From: an uncultured Oscillospiraceae bacterium
Lineage (GTDB): Bacteria; Bacillota; Clostridia; Oscillospirales; Oscillospiraceae
Reading direction: 5' to 3'
NCBI GenBank assembly: GCA_905233785.1
Contig: CAJOCV010000049.1
Location: 1 to 40,708 of the forward strand
DNA: 40,708 nt
The position numbers and the translations under genes are program-made. The notes under the pieces were generated by a model, which saw only the letters and a program-made list of their open reading frames with translations, searched no databases and was not told the DNA's origin. Shown here in pieces: positions 37,175 to 40,708 of this stretch; positions within the stretch are counted from its first letter, which is position 1, and each line of letters opens with the position of its first letter.

Positions 37175-37543
37175 ATGGCACGTATCGCCGGCGTTGACCT
37201 GCCCAAAGACAAGAGAATCGAAATCGGTCTCACCTACGTCTATGGTATTGGCAGAACCAGCGCAAACAAGATCCTGGAGATGACCGGGATCAACCCCGAC
37301 ACCAGAGTCAAGGATCTGACCGACGAGGAAGAGTCCAAACTGCGCGAGTGCATCGACCACAACTACATCGTTGAGGGCGACCTGCGCCGTCAGACGGCTC
37401 TCGATATCAAGCGCCTGACTGAGATCGGCTGCTACCGCGGTCTCCGTCACCGCCGCGGCCTGCCCGTGCGCGGCCAGCGCAGCAAGACCAATGCCCGTAC
37501 CCGCAAGGGTCCGAAACGCACCATCGCGAACAAGAAGAAGTAA
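37175..37543 (+). CDS. rpsM: 30S ribosomal protein S13
   Basis: [26 protein letters not shown]... Confidence 0.95.
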   Translation: MARIAGVDLPKDKRIEIGLTYVYGIGRTSANKILEMTGINPDTRVKDLTDEEESKLRECIDHNYIVEGDLRRQTALDIKRLTEIGCYRGLRHRRGLPVRGQRSKTNARTRKGPKRTIANKKK

Positions 37544-37559
37544 GGGAGGGATATGAAAC

Positions 37560-37958
37560 ATGGCAGCGAACGCTAAGAAGAAAGTCAGAACACGCAGAAG
37601 AGAGCGCAAGAACATTGAAAAGGGCCAGGTTCATATCAGCTCTTCCTTCAACAACACCATGGTGACCTGCACCGACACCCAGGGCAACGCCCTTTCCTGG
37701 GCTTCCGCTGGTGGCCTGGGCTTCCGTGGAAGCAAAAAGTCTACCCCCTTCGCCGCGCAGACCGCCGCTGAGACTGCCGCCAAGGCAGCCATGGAGCACG
37801 GCCTGAAGAGCGTCGAGGTGTTTGTCAAGGGACCCGGCTCCGGCCGTGAAGCCGCGATCCGCGCTCTGCAGACCGCCGGTCTCGAAGTCACGATGATCAA
37901 GGACGTGACCCCCATTCCTCACAATGGCTGCCGTCCTCCGAAACGTCGTCGCGTATAA
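37560..37958 (+). CDS. rpsK: 30S ribosomal protein S11
   Basis: [43 protein letters not shown]... Confidence 0.95.
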   Translation: MAANAKKKVRTRRRERKNIEKGQVHISSSFNNTMVTCTDTQGNALSWASAGGLGFRGSKKSTPFAAQTAAETAAKAAMEHGLKSVEVFVKGPGSGREAAIRALQTAGLEVTMIKDVTPIPHNGCRPPKRRRV

Positions 37959-37978
37959 TAGAAGGAGGATAGACACGT

Positions 37979-38578
37979 ATGGCTAAGAACAGACAGCCCA
38001 TCGCAAAGCACGCGAAGGCACTGGGCATCAGCCCCGCCGCCATGGGCTATTATAAGAAGGAAACCACCCGCAACAGCAACAACCAGACCCGCAAGAAAAA
38101 GTCCGAGTACGCCACCCAGCTGCAGGAGAAGCAGAAGGTCAAGTTCGTGTACGGCGTGCTGGAGAAGCAGTTCCGCGGCTACTATGAGAAGGCCGTGCGT
38201 ATGCCCGGCAAGGCAGGCGACAACCTCCTGATCCAGCTTGAGAACCGTCTGGACAACGTCGTGTTCCGTCTGGGCTATGCCGCTACCCGCCGTGAGGCTC
38301 GCCAGATGGTCAACCACGGCCACTTCACCGTCAACGGCCGCAAGGTCAATATCCCCAGCTACCAGGTCAAGCCCGGCATGGTCATCGGTCTGAAGGATTC
38401 CAGCCGCAGCATTGAGCGCTTCAAGATGAACCTGGAGGCCAATGCCTATCACGTCATCCCCAAGTGGCTTGAGTTTGACGCCAATAACATGGTTGGTAAG
38501 GTTGTTGCCGCCCCCACGAGAGAGGATATCGACTTCCCCGTGGAAGAGCGCCTGATCGTCGAGTTGTACTCCAAGTAA
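37979..38578 (+). CDS. rpsD: 30S ribosomal protein S4
   Basis: [47 protein letters not shown] is the S4 domain. Confidence 0.95.
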   Translation: MAKNRQPIAKHAKALGISPAAMGYYKKETTRNSNNQTRKKKSEYATQLQEKQKVKFVYGVLEKQFRGYYEKAVRMPGKAGDNLLIQLENRLDNVVFRLGYAATRREARQMVNHGHFTVNGRKVNIPSYQVKPGMVIGLKDSSRSIERFKMNLEANAYHVIPKWLEFDANNMVGKVVAAPTREDIDFPVEERLIVELYSK

Positions 38579-38664
38579 TACAGAGACCCTCACACAAATT
38601 GGTAAGCTGAAAACCGCAGCGCTTACACACAGCGCAAGATTTTTAAGGAGGGTACTATAATTAT

Positions 38665-39615
38665 ATGATCGAAATTAAGAAGCCGCGCATTGAGTGCATC
38701 GAAACACCCACTGACAGCTCCTATGGCAAGTATGTCGTGGAACCGTTGGAACGCGGCTACGGCACAACACTTGGTAACTCTCTTCGCAGGGTACTCCTGT
38801 CTTCTCTCCCCGGAACCGCCTGCACCAGCATCAAGATTGCCGGCGTGCAGCATGAGTTTTCCACCATTCCCGGCGTCAAGGAGGACGTGACGGAGATCGT
38901 TCTGAATGTCAAGAGCATCATCGCCCGTCTGCACAGCGACGGTCCCAAGACCGTCTACATCGAGGCCTCCGGCGAAGGCGTTGTCACCGCCGGAGACATC
39001 AAGCCCGACGCTGAGGTTGAAATCCTCAATCCCGAGCAGCCCATTGCAACTCTGGGTCCTGACGGCGCGCTGAATATGGAGCTCGTCCTGGATCATGGCA
39101 GAGGCTATGTTTCCGCCGAGAAGAACAAGAATCCCCAGATGGCCATCGGTACCATCCCAGTGGACTCCATCTACACCCCCGTGCTCAAGGTCAATTACAC
39201 GGTTGAGAACACCCGTGTGGGCAATCAGACGGACTTTGACAAGCTGACGGTCGAGGTGTGGACGGATAAGACCATGACCGCCCGCGACGCTCTGTCTCTC
39301 GGGGCAAAGATACTCTGCGATCACTTCACGCTCTTTACGGATCTGTCCGACACCATCAGCGCCAACTCCACGGTTGTGGAGAAGGTGGAGAAGGAGCCTG
39401 ACACCGTGCTCAAGATGACGATTGAAGAGCTGGATCTGTCCGTAAGAAGCTTCAACTGCCTCAAGCGCGCCAACATCAACACGGTCGAAGATCTGGTCAA
39501 CAAGACCCAGGACGAGATGATCAAGGTCCGCAACCTTGGCCGCAAGTCCCTCGAAGAGGTCGAGCACAAGCTCACGATGATGGGCCTGTCCCTGGCCAGC
39601 GACGACAATCAATAA
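38665..39615 (+). CDS. rpoA: DNA-directed RNA polymerase subunit alpha
   Basis: [20 protein letters not shown]... C-terminal domain is [23 protein letters not shown]. Confidence 0.96.
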   Translation: MIEIKKPRIECIETPTDSSYGKYVVEPLERGYGTTLGNSLRRVLLSSLPGTACTSIKIAGVQHEFSTIPGVKEDVTEIVLNVKSIIARLHSDGPKTVYIEASGEGVVTAGDIKPDAEVEILNPEQPIATLGPDGALNMELVLDHGRGYVSAEKNKNPQMAIGTIPVDSIYTPVLKVNYTVENTRVGNQTDFDKLTVEVWTDKTMTARDALSLGAKILCDHFTLFTDLSDTISANSTVVEKVEKEPDTVLKMTIEELDLSVRSFNCLKRANINTVEDLVNKTQDEMIKVRNLGRKSLEEVEHKLTMMGLSLASDDNQ

Positions 39616-39664
39616 ATCCCGAAGCGCCTGCTTTAAGTGGAATAATACAGGAGGAATTGCAATT

Positions 39665-40006
39665 ATGCCCGGTACGAGAAAACTCGGCAAGACCACCGCG
39701 CAGCGGATGGCCATGCTCCGCCAGCAGACCACTGACCTGCTGGACAAGGGCCGTATGGAGACCACCGTTACCCGCGCCAAGGAGATCGCTCCCATGGCCG
39801 AGAAGATGATCACCCTCGGCAAGGCCGCCGACCTGGCTTCCTACCGCGAGATGCTCAGCTTCATCACCCGCGAGGACGTGGCCAAGAAGGTCAAGGATGA
39901 GCTGGCTTCCAAGTACGCCGATCGCAAGGGCGGCTACACCCGCATCACCCGCATCGGCACCCGCCGCGGCGACGCCGCGGAGGTCGCGGTCATCGAACTG
40001 GTCTGA
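39665..40006 (+). CDS. rplQ: 50S ribosomal protein L17
   Basis: RKLGKTTAQRMAMLRQQTTDLL...GGYTRITRIGTRRGD. Confidence 0.95.
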   Translation: MPGTRKLGKTTAQRMAMLRQQTTDLLDKGRMETTVTRAKEIAPMAEKMITLGKAADLASYREMLSFITREDVAKKVKDELASKYADRKGGYTRITRIGTRRGDAAEVAVIELV

Positions 40007-40021
40007 TCCCATAAAAAACCG

Positions 40022-40049
40022 ATCCCTCCCGGAAACGGGAGGGATTTTT
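40022..40049 (+). terminator. rho-independent terminator of the alpha operon
   Basis: ATCCCTCCCG-gaaa-CGGGAGGGAT is a perfect 10-bp stem followed by TTTTT, with an A-run upstream. Confidence 0.85.
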
Positions 40050-40071
40050 CAATGAACGAGGAAATTTTGAC

Positions 40072-40521
40072 ATGAGGATTTACGAGGCGGAAGCGAATGA
40101 TGCGCTGTACGCGCGGCTGATCTCCCTCTCCGCGGACTGGGAGGCGGAGGACAGCTGCCGCGGCTATCGGACAAATACCGAGGAGGATCTGCGCGGACGG
40201 CGTATCTTTGTTGCGGAGGAGGATGGCGAAATCGTGGGCTATCTCTTCGGACTCACGGAAACGGCGAAGCAGCGCAGCAGCGTCTTAGAGAAGGGGGAGG
40301 GGTACTTTGAGATCGAGGAGCTGTATGTGATCCCTTTCCGGCGCTCACAGGGCGTTGGACGGCAGCTGTTCGCGTTTGCCGAGACATCGGCACGGGAAGC
40401 GGGACTGCGGCAGCTCATGCTCAGCACGGCAACGAAAGACTGGAAGCGCGTGCTCCATTTCTACCTCGACGAGCTTGGTATGGAGTTCTGGAATGCACGG
40501 CTGTTTAAAGGACTGACATGA
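40072..40521 (+). CDS. GNAT-family N-acetyltransferase
   Basis: EDGEIVGYLFG...IEELYVIPFRRSQGVGRQLFAFAE is the acetyl-CoA-binding motif A (R/Q-x-x-G-x-G/A). Confidence 0.8.
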   Translation: MRIYEAEANDALYARLISLSADWEAEDSCRGYRTNTEEDLRGRRIFVAEEDGEIVGYLFGLTETAKQRSSVLEKGEGYFEIEELYVIPFRRSQGVGRQLFAFAETSAREAGLRQLMLSTATKDWKRVLHFYLDELGMEFWNARLFKGLT

Positions 40522-40708
40522 AAATTGTGATCCGCGGGTACAGCGGCAGCGGAAAATCGACGCTGGCGCGAAAATTAGGGGAAAAATACGGCGTTCCCGT
40601 GCTGCATCTTGACCGGGTACAGTGGCTCCCCAACTGGACAGAGCGCGATGACGCCGAAAAGCGGCAAATCGTCAAAGCCTTTTTGGACGAAAACGAGAGC
40701 TGGATCAT
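40518..40708 (+). CDS. P-loop NTPase, topology-modulation/adenylate-kinase-like (3' end off the window)
   Basis: ATGA overlap with the GNAT stop. MKIVIRGYSGSGKSTLARKLGEKYGVPVLHLD carries a Walker A motif. Confidence 0.65.
   Translation, partial: MKIVIRGYSGSGKSTLARKLGEKYGVPVLHLDRVQWLPNWTERDDAEKRQIVKAFLDENESWI

Overview
This is a GC-rich Clostridia-type chromosomal segment; it looks Oscillospiraceae-like from gene content and protein style, but I cannot verify the taxon here. The backbone runs secA, pgeF, a family-5 ABC solute-binding lipoprotein, cdd, a LysR stub and two paralogous GT-C-like membrane proteins. It continues with the S10-spc-alpha ribosomal superoperon (rpsJ to rplQ, including secY, adk, map, infA, rpoA), a GNAT acetyltransferase and a P-loop kinase-like gene.

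Several non-backbone structures sit on top of this backbone:
1. A visibly AT-richer mobile element covers 1-8530. It carries unknown cargo genes, two HTH regulators and a translationally coupled operon of three different tyrosine recombinases plus a TnpC-like protein. Its right end abuts the first ~60 nt of a tRNA-Pro(UGG) gene that stops in the T-loop and still has its own promoter.
2. An AT-rich orphan gene lies 6 bp after secA.
3. A ~5.3 kb insertion splits the spc operon between rpsN and rpsH. It contains an AT-rich type II R-M pair on the opposite strand, a membrane HD-GYP protein, a 5'-truncated Sel1-repeat gene, hairpin repeats and a new promoter and leader for rpsH.
4. The rpsJ reading frame is broken by what looks like a 20-nt deletion.
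5. Dispersed multi-hairpin repeats show compensatory stem changes, and an inverted heptad-repeat structure terminates the LysR stub.

I could not tie any single region to a known new system. The best candidates for novelty are the three-recombinase element with its cargo, the secA-adjacent orphan gene and the split ribosomal operon. All family assignments come from motif recognition by eye, not from searches.
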